Assembly (NCBI RefSeq): GCF_009914755.1
Contig: NC_060942.1
DNA length: 64,000 bases
From: the human T2T-CHM13v2.0 reference genome, Homo sapiens
Reading direction: 5' to 3' (one strand)
The notes under the pieces are model-generated. The model was not told the DNA's origin, made no database searches, and saw nothing but the letters and a program-made list of their open reading frames with translations. Both the position numbers and the translations under genes were made by a program. Position 1 is the stretch's first letter; each line of letters begins with the position of its first letter. Shown here in pieces: positions 45,196-58,600 of the stretch.

Positions 45196-48100
45196 AGATG
45201 ATTTCTTATTACTCACCAAAGTTGTTTTCTTTCAGCTTGAAGAACTTCATTTAGCACTTCTTGTATGATAGGTCTAACGTTGATGAAATCTTTCAGCTTT
45301 TGTTTGTCTGGGAAAGTTTTTATTTCTCTTTAATGTTTGAAGGATGTTTTCACTGGATATACTATTTTAGGGTAAATTGTTTTCTTGTTCAGTCCTTTAA
45401 ATATTTCATGCCATTCATTCCTAGCCTGTAAGGTTACCACTGGGAAATCTGCTTCCAGATGTGTTGAAGCTCCTTTGTACATTATTTCCTTATTTTCTTT
45501 TACTGCTTCTAGGATCCTTTATTTATTCTTGACCTTTGGGAGTTTGATCATTAAATATCTTCAGGTTGTCTTTGGGTTAAATCTGCTTGGTGTTTTGTAC
45601 CTTTCTTGTATTTGTATATGAACACCTTTTTCTAGTTTGGGGAAATTATTTGTTAATATTCCTCTGAATAAACTACCTCAAACTTTCCCTCTACCTTCAC
45701 TTTAAGACCAATAACTCTTAGATTTGTTATTTTGAGGCTATATTCTAGGTCTTGTAGGTGTGCTTTATTCTTTTTTATTCTTTTTTCTTTTTTTGTTTTT
45801 CTCTGCTCACTGTGTGTTTTCAAGCATCCTATCTTCAGGTTCGCTAGTTCTCTCTTCTGCTTGATCAAATCTGCTGTTAATAGACTCTGATACATTCTTC
45901 AGTATGTCCATTGCTTTTATTGGCTCCAGAATTTCTGCTGGATTCTTTTTAACTATTTCAGTCTCTTGCTTAAGTTTATCTGATAAGACTCAGAACTCCT
46001 TCTCTGTGTTATCTTAGATTTTGTTGAGCTTCTTCAAAACAGCTGTTTTGAATTCTCTGAGGGGTCACATATTTCTCCTGGTTGGTCACTGGTGCCTTAT
46101 TTGGTTTGTTTGCTGAGGTCATATTTTCCTGTGGCCTTCATGCTTGATTTGTTGGAGTCTAGCCATGTAAAAGTCTGTTGGAGTCTAGGCATTTAAAAGA
46201 TAGGTATTTATTGTAATCTTTGCCATTTGCTTGTTTGTATCCATCCTTCTTGGGAAGGCTTTACAGGCATTCAAAAGGACTTGGGTGTTCTGCTCTAAGT
46301 CTTTAGCCCCTGCAGCCATATGTGCTTTAGATGGCACCCCAAGCCCAGTAATTCTGTGGCTCTTGCAGACTCATAGAGGTACTGCCGTGGTGGTCTTGGG
46401 TAAGATCTGGAAGAATACCCTAGATTACCAGGCAGGGACTCTTGTTCTCTTCTCTTACTTTCCCCCAAACAAATGAAGCCCCTCTGTGTGTCCTGAGCTA
46501 TCTGGAGCTGAAAGATGGCTGACACAAGCACCCCGTGGTCACTACCACTGAAATTGCACTGGGTCAGACCGGATGCCAGAAGAGCAAGGAGTCTCACCTA
46601 AGGTCATAGTGACTACTGACTGGATACTGCTTGTATTTACTCAAGGCCTAAGGGCTCTAGAGTCAACAGGTGTCAAGTACAGGCAGGCTTTTGTCCTTCC
46701 CTTCAGGGCATTGAGTTCCCCCTACACCCTGCCCTCTAGAAACCATGCCTGAAGGCAGGAATCTTAGCAATCCTCCTGGTACTCTATTCTACTGAAGCTG
46801 AACTGGTACCCAACCTGCAAGACAAAGTCTTTCCCACTCTTCCCTCTCTTTTCCTCAAGCAGAGGAGTCTCTCCCTGTGGCCACTGCCCCTGGCTTACAG
46901 TGAGAACTGCCTGGCTACTGCTGATGTTCACTCAGGGCCCAAGGGCTTTCGGTCAGCTTATGTGGATGATGTCATTTCTGAGTCTCTCCTTTCAGGACAA
47001 TGTGCTCCCTTCTGATACAAGGTGGGTCTAGAAATGCCATCCAAGAGCCAAAGCCTGGAATCAGAGATGCCAGGAGCTCACTTGGCGTTCTACCCGACTG
47101 TGGCCAAGCTGGTACCCACGGTGCAAGACAAAGTCCCATTTACTCTTCCCTCTCTTTTTCTGATGCAGAAGGAGTCTCTACCCATAGCCACCACAGCTGG
47201 GAATGTGCTAGTTCACACCTGAAGCCAGCAAGAATCTGAGCTTCACCCAGGGCCCTCAGTGAGTACTGCCTGGCTACCACTGCTACCACTACGCAAGGTC
47301 CCTTAGTCAGCAGGTGACAAATCCTGTCAGGACTGGGTCCTTACCTTCAAGAAATCAGGGTCCCTTCTGGCCCAAGGTGTGCCTAGAAGTGTCATTCAGT
47401 AGCTAGGGCATGTAATAAGGGACACAGACCTCTGTCTCATGCCCTCTATTCTACTGTGGCTGAGCTGCTATCTAAGTTGCAAGGCAAACTTAGATATCAG
47501 CTCAGCCTTTACTCTTTACTCTCTGCTCTCCTCTCCTTAAGCAGAGGGAATTGGAGACTCCTACCCTCTGTCTGGGGTTGAGGAAGAGGTGACATAAGCA
47601 CTCCCTTACCCACCCCCAGCAGGTAACACTAGGTCGCATGCACCCCAAGTCCATTAGCGCTAAGGACAGCACCAGGACTTGCCCAGAAATTGCAGTCCTT
47701 GTGGCCTAGACTGCCTTTCAAGTTTAATTAGAACCCTAGAGCCCTTTGGCTGGCAGTGGTGAGGCTTGCCAGAACTCAGGTTCTGACCCCTGGGAGGGGT
47801 GATTTGCCTCTGGCTAAAGCTGGTGTAAATGCTTCCTCCATGAGTTCCTTCTGATTTCTGCCCAGTGTTGTTTCCACTGTGACAGGGCAGCACTGAGTTT
47901 CAGTGTAAAGTCCCCCAATCACTGAGCTTTCCGTCTTCCAAGTATACAGATACTCTTTCCAATGCAGCCGCTGCCAGGGATGGGGAGGGGTGGCGTTGGC
48001 AATTCAAGGCTGCCTTTCTTACCCTCCTCAGTGCCTCTTTTCTTAACATAATGTTAAAACCAAGAAATGTGATTGCTCATATCATTTTTGGTTCTTATAA

Positions 48101-49719
48101 AGGTGACGTTTTATGCATAATATTTCAATTTGGTGTTCCTACCGGGGAGATGATTTTTAAAGGTTTCCAATTTCCCATCTTGCTCTGCTTCATCCTGTTT
48201 TTTATAATTTTTTTTTTAACTCTTAATCTAAATGAGTGATGTTTGTTTTTTTAAAAAAGATTTTTAACACTATTACTGAGGAACCCAAGAAGGAAATACT
48301 AGAGCAGCAATTTCCTAGAAACTGACACAATACACTATGATATATGTGGAGCTGTCCTATGGCCAGTTTCTTGTTAAAATCATACCATATTCTATAAACT
48401 TGGAGGAACTAAGCACCTCTACCCACCTGTCCTATAAACATATCTGTGAACATATCTATGACAGCCATCCTAAATTAACTTATTGTGCTTTTAGTAACAC
48501 TTTATCAAATGTGTCTAAAAAGTTTACACCTGTATCCACCCACAAATTTATTCTAGAAAATGCAGTGAAACATGCAACTCTTGAACATTACAGCCATATG
48601 ATATATCATTTACTCTGTCCATCCTTCTATATATCTAATTGTATATTTCCCTCTCTAGCTCTATATCTAATTGTTTTCTATCTGTGCCTTCTCCTTAAAA
48701 AATGAGCATAAATTATATGTTGATTTATATTTACACATTATTTGCATATCTATGCATACATGCATGCTTATATACATCCATGTATATAAAATAGATATAT
48801 ATTTTATAAGACCTGCATAAGCTATAATTTATACCCTTATTTTTGTAGAAATCCAGGCAAAAAATGCATCATATTTTAAAGTTGATAGCATAAAGAGAAA
48901 GAACTTATATAAAATTCAAATTTCTGTATCCTGTACAACTAGTGGATCAGCAACTTGGGATGAGATTAAACATGTGTTAATAAGCTGCTTAAGAAATTCC
49001 AATGTACACTGAAGTTTAATAATAACTAATACTGAGAAGGCATGCACTGCTAATCCTTCAGGTAATTGAATATGTGTGTGCACACACACACAAAAATAAA
49101 ATGTATATACAACTCTGAGATCCACTTCTTCAAATATAAAATTTGAAAAAAATTCTGACACCCAAAAGAGTTTCAAAACAGTTATGGGGGTGATGTGATA
49201 AAATATGGTGAGTATAGAGTTCCAAACACCACTTCCATGCTGAAGCAAATATTAAGCTAACAAACACTGAGAGACTCAATATTTGTGGAACTCTGGGATC
49301 TAATAAAAACTTCATAGCCACCATAAGAGTACTTAACAAAGAGAAAGGCCAATACATTTCAGTAAGAAAGATTTGTGGCATTTTTGCTACCCTTCTTACC
49401 ATCCTTCATTACCCAATTCTGCAGTGGCCATGCTGCAGAAAGGAGATGGGGGAAATATGGACCTTACTCTCAAAAAATGTTGGCTGTTCCTTTTTACATG
49501 CCTGATAGATCTCCTGAGGGACTTCATGGCCACAGCTTGCCTTGGTGTTTCCCACCCCAGGATAGAGCAAGATCACAGTCCAGGGTCTGTTGAAAGCATT
49601 TAAATGTATGTAATACCCATAGATACCAGGAAGAAAATATTTGTTTATTATATGTCTGATAAAGCTTTAATAACCATAATGTATTTTTAAAATTCTAAAA
49701 CTCAAGAACAAATATACAA

Positions 49720-50363
49720 ACAGTGGGACCTAATTAACCTAAAGAGCTTTTGCACAGCAAAAGAAACTTCCAACACAGTAAACAGACAACCTACAGAATG
49801 GGCAAAATACTCACTAACTACACATCCAATGAGGATGTGTAGTTATCCAGATTCTACCATGAATTGAAGAAGTTGAACAAACAAAACAACAAATAACTCC
49901 ATTAAAATATAGGTAAAAGACTTGAACAGCCACTTCTCAAAAGAAGACAGACAAGCAACCAACAAGCATATGAAAAATGCTCCACATCCCTAATTATCAA
50001 AGAAATGCAAATCAAAACCAGCATAAAATACCATCTCACACCTTAGAATAGCTATTATTAAAAATTCAAAAACCAGCAGATGTTGGTAAGGCTGAAGAGA
50101 AAAGGGTTGTTGGTGGGAAAATAAATTAGTTCAGCCACTGTGGGAAGCAATTTGTAGATTTCTGTAAAAACTTAAAACAGGACTACCATTTGACCCTGCA
50201 ACCCCATTACTGGTTGCACATCCAAAAGAAAACAAATTGTTCTACCAAAAAGATACATACACTCTTATGCTCATTGCAGTGGTATTCACAAGAGCAAAGA
50301 TCAAAGGAATCAACCTATATGTGATATATATATATATACACACACATATATACATATATATGC

Positions 50364-50417
<54 letters not shown>

Positions 50418-50760
50418 TACATATATACATATATCTTTGTAGCAACAGGGATGCAACTGGAGACTATTATCCTAAGTGAATTAATACAATAGCAGAAAAC
50501 CAAATACCACATATTCTTGCTTCTGAATGGGAGCTAAATTTTGGATATTCATGGACATAACGATGACAACAATAGAAACTGGGGACTCCTAGAAGCAGGA
50601 ATGATGAAGGGGGACAAGGGTTGAAAAACTAACTATTGGGTACCATGCTCAATGCCTGAGGGAAGGATCATTTTTACTCCAAACTTCAGCATCATGCAGT
50701 GTACCCAGGTAACAAACCTGAACAAATATTCCCTGAATATAAAATAAAAGTTGGAAAAAA
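49720..50760 (+). mobile_element. 5'-truncated L1PB-class element nested in an older same-orientation L1M (host at about 49625-49720 and 50761-51300)
   Basis: gtgggacctaattaacctaaagagc...ggttgaaaaactaactattggg...gtaacaaacctg...aaaataaaagttgg; the host resumes at aaatgggtaaattacttgaatagacatttct. Confidence 0.82.
50326..50434. repeat. (TA)n/(CA)n microsatellite within the L1PB
   Basis: Directly visible; explains ORFs 50237..50479 and 50242..50445. Confidence 0.92.
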
Positions 50761-51304
50761 TTTAAATGGGTAAATTACTTGAATAGACATTTCTACAAAA
50801 ATAAATAAATACAAATAACCAATAAGCACATGAAAGATGCCGAATGCCATTACTCATTAAGGAAATGCAAATCAAAACCACAATTAGATACCTTTTTATA
50901 CTTTGTAGGGTTGGTATAACCAAATAATTGGAAAATAACAAGTGTTGGCAAAGATGCCAAAACAATAAAGTAAAACCCTAATGCACTGGTGGTAGGAATG
51001 CAAAATGGTACAGCCACTGTGGGAAAAGTTTGACAGTTTCTCAAAAAATTAAACATCAAATTACCACATGACCTAGCAATTCCACTCCTACATATATACC
51101 CAAAATAATTGAAAAAGGCACTCAAAGATATTATCATTCATGAATGTTCATAGGGGAATTATACACAATAGCCTAAAAGTTAAAACAACCCAAATGTCCA
51201 TCAATTGATGAAAAGATACACTAATCATGGTAAATATAAAATGTAACGAAGTGCTGTGTATCCTACAATGTGAATGAATCTAGATAACATTATGCTAAGC
51301 AACA

Positions 51305-52130
51305 AAATTCCTGGGGTTATGGGTTTTTGAGAGAAAGACCGTAGAGGTAATGGACCATTTTAATTCTGCTAAGAACATGTACTCTCAACAAGATTTATCA
51401 GTGTGGATGTTAACTTTGCCTATCTGACTAACGTAGTACTTGTCAGGTTTCACCACAGTAAAGTTACTCTCCTTTTCTCCACCTTTTGATACTTTTTATT
51501 TTTTGTTTTATTTTGTTTTTTGAAGGAAATCATTATACACAAACCACTCTTGAAGTGAAGGGCTACATTCATCGCCCTTGACGGTAGAGTGGTTACGTAA
51601 GTTATTCGGAGTTCTGTAAGGAAGATTTCTCTCCATTTCTACTTTTATTTTTTATTCAATTGTTATATAGTATGGACTCATGTATACTTATTTCATACTT
51701 TGGGTTAAATCCAATATTAATTTTTGCTTTTGGCTTTTGCTCAAATAGTTTCAGTTTTGGACATTAGGAGCTCTTTCTGTTGGAGTCCTTGACCTACCCT
51801 ATCAATGTGTTTTTCTTGTTTCTTGGGATTTTTTTTTTTTTTAGCATGTTCTTTCTTTCTGGCACCACGAAATGCTCTTGATTCACTTTCTATGTGTCTT
51901 CTCTCTGTCCTAGAGTCAGCCACTTCTCTATAGTGTCCTGGATCCTTTCTTTGAAGAATGGTACTGAAAACAGATCCCAGTGCTAGGTGTGCTCTTGGAT
52001 TCTTAGCCGTCTGCACCTAACGAAGTCAAGTCTGTGCTCATACTGATGTCTCTACCTAATTCATTACCACATGGATTACTGCAGCCTCCTTCCCTTGGTT
52101 GTCTGTACACTACCACTTCAGCAATAAGAA
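51305..52130 (-). mobile_element. L1MC/MD-class 3'UTR relic
   Basis: ttgtcaggtttcaccacagtaaagttactc, gtatggactcatgtatacttatttcatactttgggtta, ctagagtcagccacttctc. Confidence 0.6.
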
Positions 52131-54274
52131 CTTTCAATTAATGTAGGAATTTTAAACAAGAAACACAGGCATGGTTTCTTTATACTCAAGAAGTTTAAGT
52201 GGAAAAGTCCCTGCTCTAAGTGGGTCTCTTCATGCTGCTGAGTCAACAGGCAGAGAATGGGCTTACTGTTGATACTAATTGCAAAGGATAAATTTGGTTA
52301 ATTATATACAATAGGGGCAAGTAGGACAATGTCAGAAACTAGGGCACTTGTCTCTTAGTGTCCCCATGTATGATAATGCTAATCACTAAGAAACAGCAGA
52401 TACCAAATCAATATGGGATCCTAATATTATGGTTTCTTTTGGAATGATGGCTTTGATCTCCTCACTAGATCAGTTTCCACCTAGAAGAGGTTCTGTGGGA
52501 AATAAGGGGAACACGAAATGCATTTTGGAAGAAAGCTCTGATGATAATCCCAGTTCTTCTGGTCAGCTATGGAGCCATTATGTTTCACATCTACATTTCA
52601 TATTAATTGTTTACTTTCCTCCTTTCCCTGGAGTCTTACTAAAGAGTGTTAGTGGTACATAACATTGCATATAGGTTCCATGTTGGGGTTTGACTGAGTT
52701 GGCATTAGTGTTGACGATAACTGAAAGAATTTTGTATCTTTGTGTTCAGTATTACATATACTTATTCTAATTTTAGTAAACCATTATGAAAATTCTGTTT
52801 ACTAGATTCCTTTCACTTTTTTCTTTCTTGTTTTGTTCAAGGAGGATGACTTCTAGGATTTCCATCACCTAGGTTCCCAGGTTCCCCTTGGTGTCCGGTT
52901 GCTGGAGATCTTAGGCAATAGGGGGCAATGGCAAGAGGCAAGAGGGCAAAAGCAGAGGGTGCAGTGTTGGTCTCTTCTGTTTCCACGGTGTCTTGCTGTG
53001 GACTTGCAGGGAGTGCACTCCTCTTGAGTGTCAGCTCTTATTGAACAAATCCTCTTCCATATCTCAAACTCCGGCTGAGCTCCAGGAACACTGTTTTCTT
53101 TTCTTGTTCCTTCAGTTCCAGGGATGATAACTGCTTCCCTCTGTTGTTAGGTCATGGCTCTTTCACCGTCTCTCATTATTTTTCCCCTTACCCTGTACAT
53201 AAATATGTAAGTAGTCCACTCAGCTAAGCATATTTAAGTGTGCTTTCCCTTTCCTGCCTGTAATATGCAACACACACACACACATACACACTCAACAGAC
53301 CCAATTATCATTTTTATTATTTTTAAGTGGTATCAATTTCTAAACATATTAGAACTAGCTGTTTTTAAACATGTAACATATATTACATGTATTTCTCCAG
53401 GTAAATATAAACAGAGCTAATATTCAATAATTGTTTATTAAATGAGTGATCATTTTACCTCTGTAATAGACATTTGGGGAAACAATTTATGTAAGTAATC
53501 ATTAGGTAAAATAGGTAGGCATCTTATTATCATCAGTTTTATTATTTTTATTTTATTTTTAATAGGTCAGGGTAGAAGTTTGTTTCCAGAACTTTGCTAA
53601 TAGGGAGCAAATAATCTCCTTTTCATAATAACCAAAGCCTTTGCTGATCTATGAATTTATGCTCCCTAGTAACTTCTTCAACAATTACTATGGAATCTTC
53701 TAAAACTGTAGGAAATTTTTAAACTCTTATGGAAAGATGAACACATAATTTTATAAAACAGAATTTATGCCACATTTTTACATTATTCTCTAAAGCACCA
53801 AATAACCTGTAAAGTAACATCCTGGAAATTGCTAACTATGACATTTCCCCATCAGATTCTCAGCCTTTTGGATAAGCCTCTACTCCTTCTCATCTCATTA
53901 GACAATTAGCAGTGACCTTTTTTAAAAGAACCTATGACAACTTTTATATTAGTTTAAAATTCTGGTGACATACAATTTTAGACCTTTCAATTTTCTCCTT
54001 TCTTTGGAAGGGCTACATTTGTGGTAATATAAGAATAACCTTCTGAACATATTAGAGCTTACCTTATTTTGTCAGAAACACTATCAGTTTTTTAAATTCT
54101 TTTGTTGTATGAAACTTTGCAGATTATGGACAATGATCTCCTCAACAGTAACTAAGCAGACAGGGTAGAAAACGAATGTGAAAAAAGTAAGTGTAAGTAA
54201 ATAGTGAAAAGGAAACCAGAAGCCGTACTGTATGAATATTTAGTGAGCTTAATTTTTTGGCAGATAATAGTTTT

Positions 54275-55821
54275 TGTTTGTTTGTTTGTTTGTTTGTTTT
54301 TTAATTTATTTATTTTTTATTGATAATTCTTGGGTGTTTCTCACAGAGGGGGATTTGGCAGGGTCATAGGACAATAGTGGAGGGAAGGTCAGCAGATAAA
54401 CAAGTGAACAAAGGTCTCTGGTTTTCCTAGGCAGAGGACCCTGCGGCCTTCCGCAGTGTTTGTGTCCCTGGGTACTTGAGATTAGGGAGTGGTGATGACT
54501 CTTAACGAGCATGCTGCCTTCTAGCATCTGTTTAACAAAGCACATCTTGCACCGCCCTTAATCCATTTAACGCTGAGTGGACACAGCACATGTTTCAGAG
54601 AGCACAGGGTTGGGGGTAAGGTCACAGATCAACAGGATCCCAAGGCAGAAGAAGTTTTTTTAGTACAGAACAAAATGAAAAGTCTCCCATGTCTACTTCT
54701 TTCTACACAGACACGGCAACCATCCGATTTCTCAATCTTTTCCCCACCTTTCCCCCCTTTCTATTCCACAAAACCGCCATTGTCATCCTGGCCCGTTCTC
54801 AATGAGCTGTTGGGCACACCTCCCAGACGGGGTGGTGGCCGGGCAGAGGGGCTCCTCACTTCCCAGTAGGGGCGGCCGGGCAGAGGCGCCCCTCACCTCC
54901 CGGGCGGGGCGGCTGGCCGGGCGGGGGGCTGACCCCCCACCTCCCTCCCGGACGGGGTGGCTGCCGGGCGGAGAGGCTCCTCACTTCTCAGACGGGGCGG
55001 CTGCCGGGCGGAGGGGCTCTTCACTTCTCAGATGGGGCGGTTGCCGGGCAGAGGGTCTCCTCACTTCTCAGATGGGGCGGCCGGGCAGAGACGCTCCTCA
55101 CCTCCCAGACAGGGTCGGGGCCGGGCAGAGGTGCTCCTCACATCCCAGATGGGGCGGCGGGGCAGAGGCGCTCCCCACATCTCAGACGATGGGCGGCCGG
55201 GCAGAGACGCTCCTCACTTCCTAGATGTGATGGCGGCCGGGAAGAGGTGCTCCTCACTTCCTAGGTGGGATGGCAGCCGGGCGGAGACGCTTCTCACTTT
55301 CCAGACTGGGCAGCCGGGCAGAGGGGCTCCTCACATCCCAGATGATGGGCGGCCAGGCAGAGACGCTCCTCACTTCCCAGACGGGGTGGCGGCCGGGCAG
55401 AGGCTGCAATCTCGGCACTTTGGAAGGCCAAGGCAGGCGGCTGGGAGGTGGAGGTTGTAGAGAGCCGAGATCACGCCACTGCACTCCAGCCTGGGCACCA
55501 TTGAGCACTGAGTGAACGAGACTCCGTCTGCAATCCCGGCACCTCGGGAGGCCGAGGCTGGCGGATCACTTGCGGTTAGGGGCTGGAGACCGGCCTGGCC
55601 AACACAGCGAAACCCCGTCTCCACCAAAACCAGTCAGGCGTGGCGGCACGAGCCTGCAATCGCAGGCACTGGGCAGGCTGAGTCAGGAGAATCAGGCAGG
55701 GAGGTTGCAGTGAGCCGAGATGGCAGCAGTACAGTCCAGCTTTGGCTCAGCAGGAGAGGGAGACCGTGGAAAGAGAGGGAGAGGGAGAGAGAGGGAGATG
55801 GAGAGGGAGAGGGAGAGGGAG
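54275..55821 (-). mobile_element. Full-length SVA retrotransposon (late SVA_D to E/F-like), 1547 bp
   Basis: On the minus strand: (CCCTCT)n at about 55772-55821, Alu-like domain about 55400-55770, GC-rich VNTR about 54816-55400, SINE-R about 54316-54815, (AAAC)n-patterned tail. 13-bp TSD agataatagtttt at 54262-54274 and 55822-55834 with a canonical TT/AAAA endonuclease site. Confidence 0.96.
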
Positions 55822-56109
55822 AGATAATAGTTTTAATAAAGAATGTACATATAGAAAATAAGTGTAAGAACATTTGAGAAAAACACATGAATTCAAGTGG
55901 GTGTTTATGTGGAATATTTAGTGATTTAAAGAAAAATATATATCAAATATGAGATCATGGCTTTTAGAAGAACAATAACATTATTTGTGGAAAATATTTC
56001 TAGGAAACAATTCACTAATTGTAATTTAGTGGATTTAAAAGATAATATGGATTGTTTATTGATTGCACTTGGTTGAGCATTTAAATTAATGTAAGTGGTT
56101 TTAAGTCAC

Positions 56110-57400
56110 ACCAACAGGATTTGGTATAGTTGATCATGTCCTGCTGCTAGAAAAAGTCTCTTCACCCGGTTGGATGCCACTTTCTTCTGGCTTTTCACCA
56201 ACATCACTGGACTCTCAGACTCTGGTCTGTTCTTCCTTATACCAAAGACTTTTAAATATGAAGGGCTATAGGGCGTTGTCTTTAGAATTCTTTTCTATCT
56301 ATGCTCAATCCTAAAGCAATCTTTTATTGTCTAATATTTCTAAATGCTTTCTAAAATCCAACTTATTCAAAATTTGTATGTCCAATCCAGACCTGTTCTC
56401 CAATTCCGCACTCTTATATCCAAATGCCTGCATGATCTATTCACTAGGATATAGGCATCTCAAACTAAATACACCCAAAATAAGATCTTCATCTGCAACT
56501 CTTCCCAGGGAAAAAAAGAAATCTAACTTGAAATCAAAAAAAAGAAAAAAAAGAAAAAAAAATCCCCTCTCTTCTCTTCCCTCAGGTTTCTTCATTCCAA
56601 TCAGTGTCTTTTCCATTTCTTCCAATTTCTCAGCAGAAACACATTTAAAAATCATCCTTTACTTCTCCCCCTTACCCGACACATCTACTCTATCAGAAAC
56701 CCACCTTTTAAGAATATGCCCAGAATCAGAACACTTTATATCACTTTAACCACTATCAATGTAGCACAAATAACTGCAATTTATCTTTGCACTTTTTGAA
56801 ATAGTCTTCTTTTCCAACAATCTCTCTGCTTCTACTCTTGTTCCTCAGTTTATTTTCTAAGAGCAGTCAGAGCTATCCAGTCAATTTCAATTTCAGATCA
56901 TGCCAACTCCATGCTAGCATCCCACTGTATTCGGAGTAAAACCAAAGTACTTTTGATCTCTTAAAAGATATTTATTATTGTAGGGTGGGGCTTGGGGGGG
57001 GGGGTAATTACGCTCCCACTCCAATACCCATTTTCGAAGACTAAATATGTATCCTCTCTGTCCAGAACACTTTTTTCAAAGATAACAGTTTTATGCCCTT
57101 ATTCACCTTTGCTCCTGGTTCAAATATTATATTTTCACTAAGGCATCCATATAATTTATGAAACACACATTTAGAATTACAAGCCTTCTACGCATGACTC
57201 ACTATTCCTTTTTATTGCTTTATGTTATCCACAGAATATGTTTCATATACAGTTTATTATACTTGATTTTATTTTTCTTATCATTTTGCTGCACTAGAAT
57301 ATAATGTCTATGAGGTTGAAAATATTTGACTGTTTTGTTCAGTTCTTATGCATCAGCAACTCACAGATTATGACATAAAATATGTGATAAATACTGGAGT
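56110..57400 (+). mobile_element. L2 (L2a-like) 3' relic
   Basis: ggcatctcaaactaaatacacccaaa, aatatgcccagaatcagaacactt, cagatcatgccaactcc, actagaatataatgtctatgagg...tgtttttgttca. Confidence 0.7.
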
Positions 57401-57454
57401 AAAAAGTGTGATTGGGTGATTTTTAAAATAATTCTGTTAATTGTGAGTAAAGGT

Positions 57455-58600
57455 GAAATAAACATGAAAGTACAGATATCTTTTTGACATACTAATTTCA
57501 TTTCTGTTGAACACATAGCCAGTAGTAGGACTGTTAGCTGATATGGAAGTTTTATTTTTGATGTTTTGAAGAACCTCCCTACTGTTTTTCATAATTGCTG
57601 CCCTAATACATTGCCACCAATAGTGTGCAAGAGTCCCATTTTCCCCACATGCTCATCAACACTTCTTATCTTTTGTCTTTTTGATAATGTCCATTCTGAC
57701 TGGTGTAAGATGACATCTCATCATGGTTTTAATTTGCATTTCCCAGATGATTAGAGAGGTTGACCATTTTTCATATACCCATTGGCCATTTGTACACCTT
57801 GTACATCTTCCTTTAAGAACTGTCCATTCAGTCCCTTTGACTAATTTGTAATTTGGATAGCTGTTCTTTTGCTATTGAGTTGAGTTCCTTATATATTTTA
57901 GATATTAACCCATTATCAGATGTATAGTTTGGAAATATTTTCCCCCATCTATAAGTTGTCTTTTCATCCTGTTTATTGTTTTCTTTGCTGTGCAGAAGCT
58001 TTTGAGTTTGATAAAATCCATTGTCCATTTTTATGTTTGCTGCATTTTCTTTTGGAATCGTATCCAAAAAACCATTGGCTAGGTCAATGTCCTGGAGAAT
58101 TTCCCTATGGTTTTGTGTGGTGATTTCATTGTTTCAGGTCTTACATTTAAGTATTTAATCCATTTAGAGTTGATTTTGTATATGGTGTGAGATAAGGTTC
58201 TAATTTTATTTGTATACATGTGAATATTCAGTTTTCTTGGCACCATTTCTTAAAGAAACTGTTCTCTTCTCATTAGAGATTATTGGCACCTTTGGTGAAA
58301 TTCAGTTGGCTGTAATTGCTTGGAATTATTTATGGGTTTTCTATCTTGTTCCATGTCTATTTTTATTCCAATAATTTTGCTTTTTTGGTTACTAGAGCTT
58401 TCTAGTATTTTCTGAAGTCAAGTAACAAGATGCATCTGGTTCTGTTCTTTTTTGCTCAGGATTACTTTGGCAATTCAGAGTCTGTTGTGGTTCCGTATCA
58501 ATTTTAGGAATTTTTTCTATTTATGTGAATAACGTCATTGGTAATTTGATAGGGATTGCATTGAAACTCGCGATTAATTTGAGTATTATGAACACTTCAT
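57455..58600 (-). mobile_element. L1MA-class ORF2 3' fragment
   Basis: gaagaacctccctactgttttt, tggttttaatttgcatttccc, ttgctgtgcagaagctttt, ttgatagggattgcattgaa. Confidence 0.82.

Noticed and set aside
48337-49603. ORFs of 70-120 aa in non-Alu sequence (also 1270..1614 and 56327..56749)
   Set aside because: No recognisable domains or exon structure; several overlap probable L1M, MER5 or L2 relics, and their lengths are consistent with chance.
54816-55400. Repeat array resembling CRISPR
   Set aside because: It is the SVA VNTR: degenerate tandem units with no unique spacers, no cas genes, in a primate genome.
54802-55888. Dense overlapping GC-rich ORFs, or a CpG-island gene promoter
   Set aside because: Entirely SVA VNTR, Alu-like and hexamer sequence bounded by TSDs.
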